DNA of 64,000 nucleotides. Source: an uncultured Acidobacteriota bacterium (GTDB lineage Bacteria; Acidobacteriota; UBA6911; RPQK01; JAPXNP01). Each line of letters begins with the position of its first letter. The first letter of the stretch is position 1. Shown here piece by piece: positions 32,684-41,544 of the stretch. The notes below the pieces were generated by a model. The model saw nothing but the letters and a program-made list of their open reading frames with translations, made no database searches and had not been told where the DNA came from. The position numbers were made by a program, and so were the translations under genes. The stretch spans positions 960,001-1,024,000 of the forward strand of contig CAVZRV010000007.1 of the NCBI GenBank assembly GCA_963777605.1, written 5' to 3'.

Positions 32684-32917
32684 CGTTTAATTTCTCTACA
32701 AGTGTGGTCTTTCTCAGCCATTCGGGCCCAGAACCCAAGCAGGGCGGGCTTTTGAGCCCTTGACAGGCAGGAGTGCGACCGGGAGTTGTAGAAGCCTTCA
32801 ACAGTCACCAAAAGGACAAGTGTTGCAAAATCTCCCCAATGGTACTGGGAAACTGTTTAAAATCAGTAGGTTCTAGATGTTGTTTGGGATTTCAAGTCGA
32901 TTGGCGACAGACGTGCA
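32684..32917 (+). promoter_or_regulatory. Sigma54-dependent promoter with candidate enhancer and IHF sites
   Basis: TGGCGACAGACGTGCA (GG-N10-GC, 32902-32917); AATCAGTAGGTT (32861-32872); 17-bp imperfect palindromes at 32787-32803 and 32684-32700. Confidence 0.6.
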
Positions 32918-32929
32918 TTTACTAATGGC

Positions 32930-33700
32930 GTGAAACAAGGATCAGTTCCAACATGTATTTGGATGGACGCGGGGCTCATCTCCTATCGGCTGTGTGACCG
33001 GAATCTGGATTGTGACAACTGTCTTTTCGACCGGGTGATGAGAGGAAAGACCGAGGGACTGGAGCAATTGATTCAGCCCTCGATGCCAAAGGTGGTTCGC
33101 GGGCCGCGGTTCCTGCCTGGATTCGGGTTTGATCCTCGGTGCTTCTACTCGAGAAATCACTTGTGGTTCCGGGTTGAAGAGAAAGCAAACCTGAAGATCG
33201 GCCTCGATCACTTCGGAAGCCAGCTGTTGGGAGCCATCAGCGCGGTGGAAACGCCTGAAGAAGGCACTGAACTTAACGCCTTCACGCCGATTCGCATTTC
33301 CAACGAACTCGGAGAAGTCGAGTTGGTGTCGCCCGTCTCGGGAAGGGTGGTATGGAACAACCCTGATCCCCGCCGAACTCCTTCTCTGGTCTCCGACGAC
33401 CCCTACGACCGGGGGAGCATGATCACGGTTGAATCCGACGATCTTACCGGAAGCCTCAAAAGCCTCCATTTTGGAAGGTCGGCTGAGGTCTGGCTCCAGC
33501 ACGAGGTCGAACAATTGGCGGGAGACGTGATTGCCTTGGCGTTTAAGGAGCATCCCACCGTCGGAACGACCGCGACGGATGGCGGAGAGGTGATTGCAAA
33601 TTACCTCGCAGTTATTCGGCGACAGGAGAGTTTTCGGACAGTGCTGAAGAGATTCTTCGGGGCAGTCCCCGTTAAAAAGGGTGGCTCAAAATGGTATTAG
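32930..33700 (+). CDS. GcvH-like protein without lipoyl-Lys, N-terminal Cys4 domain
   Basis: YSRNHLW, IGLDHF, SPVSGRV, DPYDRG resemble H-protein; C9/C22/C28/C31 N-terminal motif. Confidence 0.8.
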   Translation: MKQGSVPTCIWMDAGLISYRLCDRNLDCDNCLFDRVMRGKTEGLEQLIQPSMPKVVRGPRFLPGFGFDPRCFYSRNHLWFRVEEKANLKIGLDHFGSQLLGAISAVETPEEGTELNAFTPIRISNELGEVELVSPVSGRVVWNNPDPRRTPSLVSDDPYDRGSMITVESDDLTGSLKSLHFGRSAEVWLQHEVEQLAGDVIALAFKEHPTVGTTATDGGEVIANYLAVIRRQESFRTVLKRFFGAVPVKKGGSKWY

Positions 33701-34357
33701 TAATGGTTTTCTTAACCGTAGTCTGTTCTATCGCGACAGTTGAAACCGTTGCCTGGCTCAGGCGGCGACGCGAGCTTCAGGAATCAGCTCAACGGTCCAC
33801 TGAACCTGTGATTGGGGAGGTGTACTGGCATCCGGGCCACGCCTGGCTTCGTGTGCTTTCCAGAGAGCGGGCGGCGATCGGGATCGACGGTTTCGCCCTT
33901 AGACTGCTAGGGAGAGTTGACGAAGTTCGTTTGCCCGAGCCGGGGACCCGGGTCCGCCAGGACGAACCTTTTGCTTCGGTTCGCCAAGGGTCTCGGTGGG
34001 TACGGTTCGCCTCGCCGGTAGACGGAACGATCGACGAAGTTAACCCTCAGGGTGTGAAAGATGGCCGTGACGGAGAAGAACGTTACGAGAAGGGATGGCT
34101 GTGCCGGTTGCAGGCTTCCGACCTGAGAGAGATGCCGGCGGGTTTGATCGGCGCACACGACATCCGTGACTGGATGGCGCGCCAGGTCCAAACCGTGATG
34201 GACTTCTTCGCGCAGAGATCGGCAGGTCCCGCAGCTCCAGCCCATGATTCCCGACGGCGGAACGCTCGTGGACGGCCTTCTGGAGCAGGCCGACGATGAA
34301 ACTTGGGCACAACTGACGCAGCGCCTGTTCGAAGCCTCCTCACGGAAGGAACGTTGA
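33691..34357 (+). CDS. Membrane-anchored GcvH-like protein without lipoyl-Lys, apparent +1 frameshift near 34225-34245
   Basis: N-terminal TM; YWHPGHAW, IGIDGF, SPVDGTI, YEKGWL; +1 frame continues MIPDGG...W...F to TGA 34357. Confidence 0.78.
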
Positions 34358-34563
34358 AACTTGGGCGCCGGACTCCCGGCGCCTTCTGTCGAAGAAACCA
34401 TCCTTATAGTTGAATAATCCTGCAATACTCGGTCAATATCAGCTTACCGCTGCAACAAAATTCTTTTTGCTTCTGGACGATGGCTTGCTATCTTGTAAGG
34501 TGGTCGGTCCATGGGAGGCCGACGTGTCCCCGCCAGCCTAACCGGGGAAAGAGGTGGTGAGCT

Positions 34564-36201
34564 TTGACTGGGCGTCTGAGTCTTCGACTCATCCTGAGCC
34601 TCATTGCGATTCTCGGGATCATTTTCACGCTGTTTGGATACCTGGTTACCGAGCTGCATCGGCGTGACCTCGAGAGCGTCAATTCCGAAGCTGCCGATCG
34701 CATCAGCGACTCGATCAAGCGCAGCATTCTGTACAGCATGCAGCTTAATCACCGGGAGCATATCTACCAGACCATCAAGACAATAGGCGGTGAACCGGGA
34801 ATCAACAAAGTTCGAATCTTCAACGAGATCGGCAGGATCAGCTTTTCGAGTGATGATGCCGAGATCAATCGGATGGTCGACAAGCGAGAAGAGGCCTGCT
34901 ATGGCTGCCACAACCAGGAGGAGCCCCTGCGGCGGCTGGAGCGACCTGACCGTCACCGGATATTCTACGACGCCCAGGGAAACCGGATCCTTGGGGTCAT
35001 CAATGCGATTGAAAACGAACCGAGCTGCTGGGAAGCGGACTGTCACGCGCACATCCCGGAGCAGGCCATTCTCGGTGTGCTCGATGTGACGGTTTCGCTG
35101 GCACACGTCGACGAAATCACCCGGCGGGGGCGCAACCTGATGCTGATCCAGTTGGGGATCGCGGTTCTGGGGGTGTCGATCCTGCTTGGGATGCTGGTTT
35201 GGAATTTCGTCGATCGCCCAATTCGACAGTTAATGGTTGGGACGGAGAAGATCGCCTCCGGAGACCTGGACTATCGAATTCAGGTCAACACCAGCGACGA
35301 AATGGGATCTCTCAGTGAATCATTCAACCGGATGACCCGCCAACTCGACCAGGCCCGGGCCGAGGTGAACGCATGGACGCAGACCCTCGAGGCGAGGGTG
35401 GAGGAGAAGACAGCAGAACTGAAGCGGGCCCACGATCAGATGATGCAGGTGGAGCGCATGGCGTCGATGGGGAAACTGGCTGCCATCGTGGCCCATGAAA
35501 TCAATAATCCGCTGGCGGGTATTCTGACCTCGACCCGGCTGATTCTGAAGCGGATTGACCGAAAGGCGATCGAACTGAAAGACGACAGCCGGGAGCATCT
35601 CGAAATGATCGCTGACGAGACAAGCCGGTGCGGTTCCATCGTCAAGAACCTGCTGCAGTTTGCGCGGCCCACCAGCAAGAACCGCGAACCCGAAGACATC
35701 AACAACGTAATTCGCGAGTCATTGAGGCTCGTCCAGCACAAGATCAACCTCATGAGCGTGGAAACCCAGTTAGAACTGTCGGATGATGTGCCCCCGGTTG
35801 TCTGTGACGCCCAGGGGATCAAGCAGTCATTGCTCGCGATTCTGATCAATGCGTGCGAAGCGGTCGGAGACTCCGGGGGAGAAATCGAATTAGGGTCGGA
35901 TTTCCTTCCGCAGGAAGACCGGGTTTGTATCTGGGTTCGGGACAACGGTCACGGGATGGACGAACAGACCCGGCAGCGAATTTTCGAGCCCTTTTTTACA
36001 ACGAAAGAAGAAGTACGCGGCGTCGGCCTGGGGATGGCTGTGGTGAGCGGAATCGTTAGCGCTCACGGCGGAACCGTCGACGTGGAATCGGAAATTGGCC
36101 GGGGAACCACGATCAGGATCTACCTTCCCGCACAGGTTCCGGACCAGATTGGGGTGGTCGCCGATGAAGTGCGGGACGAGAGGAGAGAGAGCGACGCATG
36201 A
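34564..36201 (+). CDS. Sensor histidine kinase with periplasmic c-type heme motifs and HAMP domain
   Basis: Two TMs; CYGCH and CWEADCH; AHEINNPL; DNGHG; FEPFFTTK; GLGM. Confidence 0.92.
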   Translation: MTGRLSLRLILSLIAILGIIFTLFGYLVTELHRRDLESVNSEAADRISDSIKRSILYSMQLNHREHIYQTIKTIGGEPGINKVRIFNEIGRISFSSDDAEINRMVDKREEACYGCHNQEEPLRRLERPDRHRIFYDAQGNRILGVINAIENEPSCWEADCHAHIPEQAILGVLDVTVSLAHVDEITRRGRNLMLIQLGIAVLGVSILLGMLVWNFVDRPIRQLMVGTEKIASGDLDYRIQVNTSDEMGSLSESFNRMTRQLDQARAEVNAWTQTLEARVEEKTAELKRAHDQMMQVERMASMGKLAAIVAHEINNPLAGILTSTRLILKRIDRKAIELKDDSREHLEMIADETSRCGSIVKNLLQFARPTSKNREPEDINNVIRESLRLVQHKINLMSVETQLELSDDVPPVVCDAQGIKQSLLAILINACEAVGDSGGEIELGSDFLPQEDRVCIWVRDNGHGMDEQTRQRIFEPFFTTKEEVRGVGLGMAVVSGIVSAHGGTVDVESEIGRGTTIRIYLPAQVPDQIGVVADEVRDERRESDA

Positions 36202-37565
36202 TAGCCAAGTCCGTTGCACGGGTATTGGTGGTAGACGACGAACTCGCCGTACGCAAGTCACTGGGGGGCTGGCTTCGGGAGGAAGGATACGAGGTCGATG
36301 TCGCCGGCTCTGGGAAGGAGGCCCTCGAGGCGCTCAGTCGAAACGACTGGGATGTCTTCCTGGTAGACATCAAGATGCCCGGGATCGACGGCCTTGAGCT
36401 CCAACGGCGGATCCAGGAGATCCACCCCGATTCCACGATCATCATCATGACGGCCTATGCCTCGGTGGACACAGCCGTCGAGGCGATGAAACAGGGAGCG
36501 TATGACTATGTCGTCAAGCCTTTCGAGCCGGAAGCCCTGGAGAACCTGATTCGGAAGGCGGCCGAACGGAAGCAGCTGCTCGATCAGAACGTTCAACTGC
36601 GGGCGAAGATTGACGAGATGAGTGCCTTCCATGGGATTGTCGGGCAAAGCGGGGTGATTCGCCGGGTGCTCGAGGAGATCAAACTGGTGGCCGAGTCGGA
36701 CACCACGGTCCTGGTTCGGGGGGAAAGCGGAACCGGAAAGGAGCTGGTGGCCCGGGCCATCCATGCGTGCAGTCCGAGAAGGTATTTGCCCATTGTGACG
36801 GTCAGCTGCGGGGCACTTGCGGAAGGAGTCCTGGAGAGCGAATTGTTTGGACACGAAAAGGGTGCGTTTACAGGGGCGCAGTACCGGCGCAAGGGCAAGT
36901 TCGAGATGGCGGACGGAGGGTCCCTGTTCCTCGACGAGGTCGGTGACATCTCCCTCAAGACCCAGGTTGACCTCCTTCGGGTGCTGGAACACAAGGAGGT
37001 TTGCCGGGTTGGGGGGAACAAGATGGTACCCGTCGATTTCCGATTGATCACGGCGACCAACAAGAATCTGGAGAACATGGTGCAGGAGGAAACCTTCCGG
37101 GAGGATCTCTACTATCGCCTGAACGTTTTTGCGATTACACTTCCGCCCCTCCGGGAGCGACGGGACGACATTCCCCTTCTGGTCGATCACTTTCTGCGGA
37201 AGTTTGCCCGCAGCATGAACAAACCTGTGGGGAGTGTTAACAATGAAGCACTCTCCATTCTCTCCTCCTATAACTGGCCCGGGAATATCCGAGAGCTGCA
37301 GAACGCTATCGAGCGCGCGGTCCTGGTGTGCCGGGGCGCTGCCATCGAAGCGGAGCATGTCCCGCTTCTGAAAAATGAGAAGGACCGAACGCTCGATGAC
37401 AAGTCACTCGCATCAATTGAGAAGGACCATATCGAAGCCATTTTGGGCGAGACTGACTGGAACATCTCTCGGAGTGCCAGAGTCCTGGGGATCGACCGGG
37501 TCACCCTTTATAACAAGATTAAGAAATATGGGCTGAAGCGAGAAGATTCAGCCACCAACAACTAA
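36198..37565 (+). CDS. Sigma54-dependent response regulator (NtrC/AtoC family)
   Basis: REC (VVDD, DIKMP); GESGTGKE; GAFTGA; WPGNIREL; Fis-type HTH. Confidence 0.95.
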   Translation: MIAKSVARVLVVDDELAVRKSLGGWLREEGYEVDVAGSGKEALEALSRNDWDVFLVDIKMPGIDGLELQRRIQEIHPDSTIIIMTAYASVDTAVEAMKQGAYDYVVKPFEPEALENLIRKAAERKQLLDQNVQLRAKIDEMSAFHGIVGQSGVIRRVLEEIKLVAESDTTVLVRGESGTGKELVARAIHACSPRRYLPIVTVSCGALAEGVLESELFGHEKGAFTGAQYRRKGKFEMADGGSLFLDEVGDISLKTQVDLLRVLEHKEVCRVGGNKMVPVDFRLITATNKNLENMVQEETFREDLYYRLNVFAITLPPLRERRDDIPLLVDHFLRKFARSMNKPVGSVNNEALSILSSYNWPGNIRELQNAIERAVLVCRGAAIEAEHVPLLKNEKDRTLDDKSLASIEKDHIEAILGETDWNISRSARVLGIDRVTLYNKIKKYGLKREDSATNN

Positions 37566-38134
37566 TGAATCAAATCCGGCTGGTCGGGGTCGGGAGCCCG
37601 GACGTCGATGTTCTTGAGTTTCTCTCGCTCACCCTTGGTGAGAGTCTCCCTCAGCCTTGCCTGGTGGATGGAGTCCGCTTTGACGTATCGGAGGCCTTCG
37701 AGGTGTCTCGGAGTCAATACTTTTCCACCCGGATCGTTTCGGACCTGCTGAACTACTCCGGCGGATATCCTCGGGCCAAGGTGCTTGGAATTACCGACGT
37801 TGATTTGTTCATTCCGATTCTTACCTTTGTCTTCGGGGAAGCCCAGCTCGGAGGGCCGGTCGGCCTGGTTTCAACCCATCGTTTAAGGCAGGAGTTCTAC
37901 GGTCTTCCTGAAGATCGAGGCATCTTTCTGGAGCGGGTGGAAAAAGAGGCCTTGCACGAGCTTGGGCATACCTTCGGACTGGTCCACTGTCATCGACCCG
38001 GGTGCGTGATGGGCTTCTCGAACGCGGTGGAGAAGGTCGACCTGAAGACAAATACCTATTGTTCCGAGTGTCGGATCACCGCCGGGTTGGAAAAGACCGC
38101 CTCGGAGTTCATCCGAAGCCCGGAAAGCATTTGA
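37565..38134 (+). CDS. Archaemetzincin-family (M54) Zn metalloprotease
   Basis: FVFGEA, KEALHELGHTFGLVHC, CVM Met-turn, C-terminal CxxC. Confidence 0.9.
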   Translation: MNQIRLVGVGSPDVDVLEFLSLTLGESLPQPCLVDGVRFDVSEAFEVSRSQYFSTRIVSDLLNYSGGYPRAKVLGITDVDLFIPILTFVFGEAQLGGPVGLVSTHRLRQEFYGLPEDRGIFLERVEKEALHELGHTFGLVHCHRPGCVMGFSNAVEKVDLKTNTYCSECRITAGLEKTASEFIRSPESI

Positions 38135-38142
38135 GGTCCCAG

Positions 38143-38520
38143 CGTGGTACGGCCGTCCCGGCCGTGACCGGGATTTCTTGTCTTCCGCGGAGCACAGGCG
38201 AGAAGCCTGTGACACGGCCGTCCCGGCCGTGACCTTGGAGTTCCTCCGCTGTTCTCCCATGGTCACAGGCGGGAAGCCTGCTGACACGGCCGTCCCGGCC
38301 GTGACCTTGGAGTTCCTCCCCTGTTCTCCCATGGTAACAGGCGAGAAGCCTGTGACACGGCCGTCCCGGCCGTGACCTTGGAGTTCCTCCGCTGTTCTCC
38401 CATGGTCACAGGCGAGAAGCCTGTGACACGGCCGTCCCGGCCGTGACCTTGATTCCAGTCTTCTGTTTTCCGTGGCCACAGGCGAGGACGCCTGTGGCAC
38501 AGCCGTCCCGGATGGGACGG
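38143..38520. repeat. Left tandem REP/REPIN-like array (about 71-bp period, 5 units plus a degenerate end)
   Basis: ACGGCCGTCCCGGCCGT at 38149, 38214, 38286, 38357 and 38428, degenerate at about 38499, alternating with CACAGGCGAGAAGCCTGTG-type palindromes. Confidence 0.92.
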
Positions 38521-38557
38521 ACGCGTAGATTTTGGAGTGACGAGCGTTATTCCTGGT

Positions 38558-39184
38558 ATGGAGTTCAAACCTCTGTCTTCAGACCAAATCATTCGCCGTT
38601 ACCGCCGGAATCTCCCCCACTGGCGAGCAGCGGGCGCAACCTATTTCATCACCTTTCGGACAGCCGATTCGTTACCCTCAAGCAGGTTGCCCCAGATCGA
38701 GGAGCAACGTCGACTCTGGCTCCAGTTTCATCCCCCTCCGTGGTCGGCCGCAGAATATGCCGAGTTTCAACGGTTTCGATTCCGGACCTTGGACCGGTGG
38801 CTCGATCAGGGATTGGGGGCATGTGCATTGAGGGATCCTCGACTGGCCCGCGAAGTAGAGGAGACGCTTCGATTCTACGACGGCCGACGCTATGTATTGG
38901 ACGAATTCTCGGTCATGCCGAACCACGTTCACGCCCTGGTTCTTCCGATTGAAGCGTGGGAAATCGAGACCATCCTGCAGAGCTGGAAGTCCTTTTCCGC
39001 CCATTCTGTCAACGAGCTCCTCGATCGTTCCGGAACCTTCTGGCTTGACGAAACCTACGATCACATCGTGCGCTCGGTCGAGGAACTGGAGAGGACGCGA
39101 GCGTACATCAGGAACAATCCGAAGAGTGCCCGCCTTTCCGCGGGAACCTACCGAGTCAGCTGCGGCAGTGGGATCGAAACCTGA
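38558..39184 (+). mobile_element. REP-associated tyrosine transposase (RAYT, HUH Y1 family)
   Basis: RRNLPHW, YFITF, MPNHVH (HUH), YDHIVR, YIRNNP; flanked by palindromic repeats. Confidence 0.9.
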
Positions 39185-39192
39185 TCCATCGC

Positions 39193-39396
39193 GTGGTCAG
39201 GCCGTGACCGGGATTTCTTGTCTTCCGCGGAGCACAGGCGAGACGCCTGTGACACGGCCGTCCCGGCCGTGACCTTGAGTTCCGTCCCCTGTTCTCCCAT
39301 GGCCACAGGCGAGGACGCCTGTGGCACGGCCGTCCCGGCCGTGACCTTGGATTCCTCTTCTGTTTTCCGTGGCCACAGGCGGGACGCCTGTGACAC
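39193..39396. repeat. Right REP/REPIN-like array (3 units)
   Basis: Same palindromes and same linker order as the left array. Confidence 0.92.
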
Positions 39397-39427
39397 ACTG
39401 CTGTCTCTCCGGTGAAACAGCTCTGAA

Positions 39428-41470
39428 TTAATCGACAAGGATAATTTGATGGATCTCCAGACGTGGCAGCAGGGCGTGTACGACCCCGTCGGAGTATCGA
39501 AAGGGGAGAGACCCTCCTTCGGGGACAAGGGTCAGGCTGTCCGGCTTTCGAGGGGTACGGATTTCGATCGTAAGCGGGCCGACGGCGGGGATCTCGTCGA
39601 AAACGTTGACCTTTTCGTCGGCGTGGGGGCCGCCGGTGTTGACCAGGTTCAGGGCCAGCTTTCCGTTGACGCGATTCAGGGTGACATCGACGAAGTGGGA
39701 TCCGCGCACCGAGACCACGGGATCGGGAACGAGGCGGCGCACCACATCGGCCAGGAAATCCCGGCTGACTTCGGTACGGCTGTTGACGTAACGCTCTCCC
39801 AGATCGAGGTAAATGCCGGCGATTTTTCCGCCGCCCAGTTGCCGGATCGAAGCGGCCGGAAAGCCTTCGCCGACCGGATCGTTGACGGTTTCCGGATTTC
39901 GATTGAACACGGTGCCAGTCCCCTCTGTCCCCTCTTTGAGGTTGACCTCCTGAAACCGGGACTTGATTCCGGCCATCCGGTCCTGAAAGAAAAGACCGTT
40001 AACGAGATCCTCCGGTTCTCCGACGAAATCGACGCCGAGCTCATCCCGGAAGAGCCCTGTCGCACTCGGTCCGATGACCAGCAGATTTCCTCCGCGGCGG
40101 ACGTACTCGACGAGCTTGTCCCGGAACTCAGGCTCGATGGAGTCCCACTCGGGATAAACAAGAAGCGGGTACTCATCCATACGGCCCTCGAGCTGGTGCT
40201 CCATGACGATGTCTACGACGTTCTGAGACTCCAGCAGGCTCTGCAGGACACCGCGAAGAGGAACAAGTTCCCCGCCCCACGCGGCGAAGAGCTTCCGGTT
40301 GGTCCGGTAGAACGCTTTCCCTGAGTAGATCAAGCCAAGCTGGGGAACGGGGACCGCCCCTTGGCAGACCGACTGGCGCGCCCGGCAGAAACGGGCTACA
40401 TCGGCCATAAGGTCCATTTGCCAGAGCCGAATTGAGCCGTCCCGCTTCTGGGGAAAGTAGGCCTGAAAGCCGCCTCCGAGAGACAGTACCATCGCGGCTT
40501 CCTGCTTGAGTTGTACGGGGGACTTTGTGCTGTAGAGTCCGTCCGCCCAAGTGAAGCTCCAGGCCATCAGATCCCAGGGTTTCCCTTGGTAGACCATGCT
40601 TCTCCCCTCGAGGCGTGCGCTGTTGACACTGTTGCGGGCAGAGAAGTCGCCCGAGATGAAGTCGACCGGAACCGTCACCGGCTCGGGCATCATCGACGTG
40701 TACGCCCAGTTGCTGGCGATCTGAAAATCGGGATCGTGGCGGTGCAGGGTGTCTACGTAGTGCTTGAGGTAGTGCCGGAAGCCGTTCCTGCAGAAGTCGG
40801 AGAATTCAAGCCAGTGAGGCTGATCGGGCTCTTTGGGCACGGACTCGATTCCGGTTTCGCGGTGAAACCGCGCGAGGACGGCGGGCGCGTAATCTCTCTC
40901 CGTGGCCCAGCATTCACCATCCACCCATACGCCATCGACTTGATACTCATCGCGCAACTCCTCGAGCTGGGGGATGAGCAACTTGTCGACGTAAGGTCCG
41001 AAGACCGAAGTGAGTCGATCGTCAGATTTTCCGTCGGGGCCGATCCGGGCCCAATCCGGGTGTTTCTTGACGGCCTGGGCATCCCAGACTCCTGAATGGT
41101 GAACGTAAAGTGCAACGCCGTGACGTGCCGTGACCTCCCTGAAGATCCTTAGCGGGTCCTTCACAAAGCCGGGAGCCTGATTCCCGACCGTGGTGGGGTA
41201 GGAAGAGTAGCCCGGGTGGCCCTTACTGTCGACCTGGATGTAATCGGGATGGACTTTCTCGAGAACCTCTTCCACCATTTCGGGAGTGAGGTTGCGCCCG
41301 ATCTCGACCGAATCCTCTCCGGCATGGAAATCGAAATGAATACCCAGATAGCTCTCCGACCGTCGCAGTCGCTTCGAGGCCGATCCGGTTTGAGCGGCCC
41401 AGACAGCCAAAGTAAGCAGGCTGAGGGCGAATACTCCGGTCAAAATGCCATACCTGGTAAATCTCGCCAC
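39428..41470 (-). CDS. Exported putative glycoside hydrolase (TIM-barrel, GHL6/alpha-fucosidase-like) with trimerisation-like domain
   Basis: Signal peptide; GIHFDFH, SKGHPGYSSYPT, DGVWVDG; GTG 41470 after GGGAG. Confidence 0.7.
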   Translation of the reverse strand: MARFTRYGILTGVFALSLLTLAVWAAQTGSASKRLRRSESYLGIHFDFHAGEDSVEIGRNLTPEMVEEVLEKVHPDYIQVDSKGHPGYSSYPTTVGNQAPGFVKDPLRIFREVTARHGVALYVHHSGVWDAQAVKKHPDWARIGPDGKSDDRLTSVFGPYVDKLLIPQLEELRDEYQVDGVWVDGECWATERDYAPAVLARFHRETGIESVPKEPDQPHWLEFSDFCRNGFRHYLKHYVDTLHRHDPDFQIASNWAYTSMMPEPVTVPVDFISGDFSARNSVNSARLEGRSMVYQGKPWDLMAWSFTWADGLYSTKSPVQLKQEAAMVLSLGGGFQAYFPQKRDGSIRLWQMDLMADVARFCRARQSVCQGAVPVPQLGLIYSGKAFYRTNRKLFAAWGGELVPLRGVLQSLLESQNVVDIVMEHQLEGRMDEYPLLVYPEWDSIEPEFRDKLVEYVRRGGNLLVIGPSATGLFRDELGVDFVGEPEDLVNGLFFQDRMAGIKSRFQEVNLKEGTEGTGTVFNRNPETVNDPVGEGFPAASIRQLGGGKIAGIYLDLGERYVNSRTEVSRDFLADVVRRLVPDPVVSVRGSHFVDVTLNRVNGKLALNLVNTGGPHADEKVNVFDEIPAVGPLTIEIRTPRKPDSLTLVPEGGSLPFRYSDGVVHALLPRLEIHQIILVD

Positions 41471-41544
41471 AGGCAACTCCCTGCCTTGTTCGACTGAGTT
41501 GAAGGGAGGCCGGCACCCGACCTCCCTGAGAGCCGTGCCGGCGG

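Noticed and set aside
32930-34357. Ordinary glycine cleavage H proteins (gcvH)
   Set aside because: Both lack the lipoyl-Lys, carry extra domains and have no gcvP/gcvT neighbours.
38002-38592. Short ORFs across the repeat arrays (VTAGTAV / TRPSRP peptides)
   Set aside because: Translations of stop-poor GC-rich palindromic repeats; no coding signature.
38143-39396. CRISPR array (regular ~71-bp period with repeat/spacer look)
   Set aside because: Linkers are near-identical to one another and duplicated on both sides, no cas genes are present, and a RAYT sits in the middle; this fits REP/REPIN repeats.
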